From an uncultured candidatus Porisulfidus sp. (GTDB taxonomy: Bacteria > Pseudomonadota > Gammaproteobacteria > Poriferisulfidales > Oxydemutatoraceae): a stretch of DNA of 64,000 nucleotides. The notes below the pieces were generated by a model. It had not been told where the DNA came from. It searched no databases and was given only the letters and a program-made list of their open reading frames with translations. Below are positions 63,908 to 64,000 of this stretch, piece after piece. Location of the stretch: positions 768,001-832,000 of the forward strand of contig OZ244052.1 in the NCBI GenBank assembly GCA_965215125.1. The letters are read 5' to 3'. Position numbers and translations under genes: made by a program. How positions within the stretch are numbered: the first letter of the stretch is position 1; each line of letters starts with the position of its first letter.

Positions 63908-64000
63908 TAAAAAGAAAAATTGAGGTCTATATTATTCGGTAAAGTATATAATCTTTTATCTAGTCTTGAAACACAGTGGCACTCATAGTTTTCGGGGACT

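Overview
Chromosomal window of a Gammaproteobacterium (roughly mid-40s % GC by eye). It is mostly housekeeping genes: mnmH 3' end, glyQS, ribF-ileS, glmUS, fpr, gshA, ampD, argB, algC, dut, coaBC, moaCD, a DegP/Q protease, coq7, dcd, apbC, folA-thyA-lgt, radC, greA, comF, ubiA, argS, priA, tRNA-Pro(CGG) and tRNA-Leu(CAG). AT-rich accessory patches, mostly glycan-related, interrupt this backbone. They are a GT25 tandem pair split by an IS1595 element, a secreted sulfatase-LamG gene cleanly cut by an IS481 element, three tandem O-fucosyltransferase-like paralogs with an IS3 element, an O-antigen-ligase/TPR protein, an effector-like orphan and an orphan DNA methyltransferase. The signals most worth following are: (1) the fucosyltransferase-like triad; (2) a methyltransferase whose probable N-terminus, with a clamp-motif-like QTEIF, is out of frame across an A7 tract; (3) tandem AlgR/LytTR-type boxes 21 bp apart upstream of both radC and a 65-aa membrane microprotein; (4) near-identical 5' ends on otherwise diverged GT25 paralogs; (5) a nested family of REP/MITE-like repeats. 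All calls come from motifs read by eye and no searches were run. No CRISPR array, rRNA or prophage was seen.
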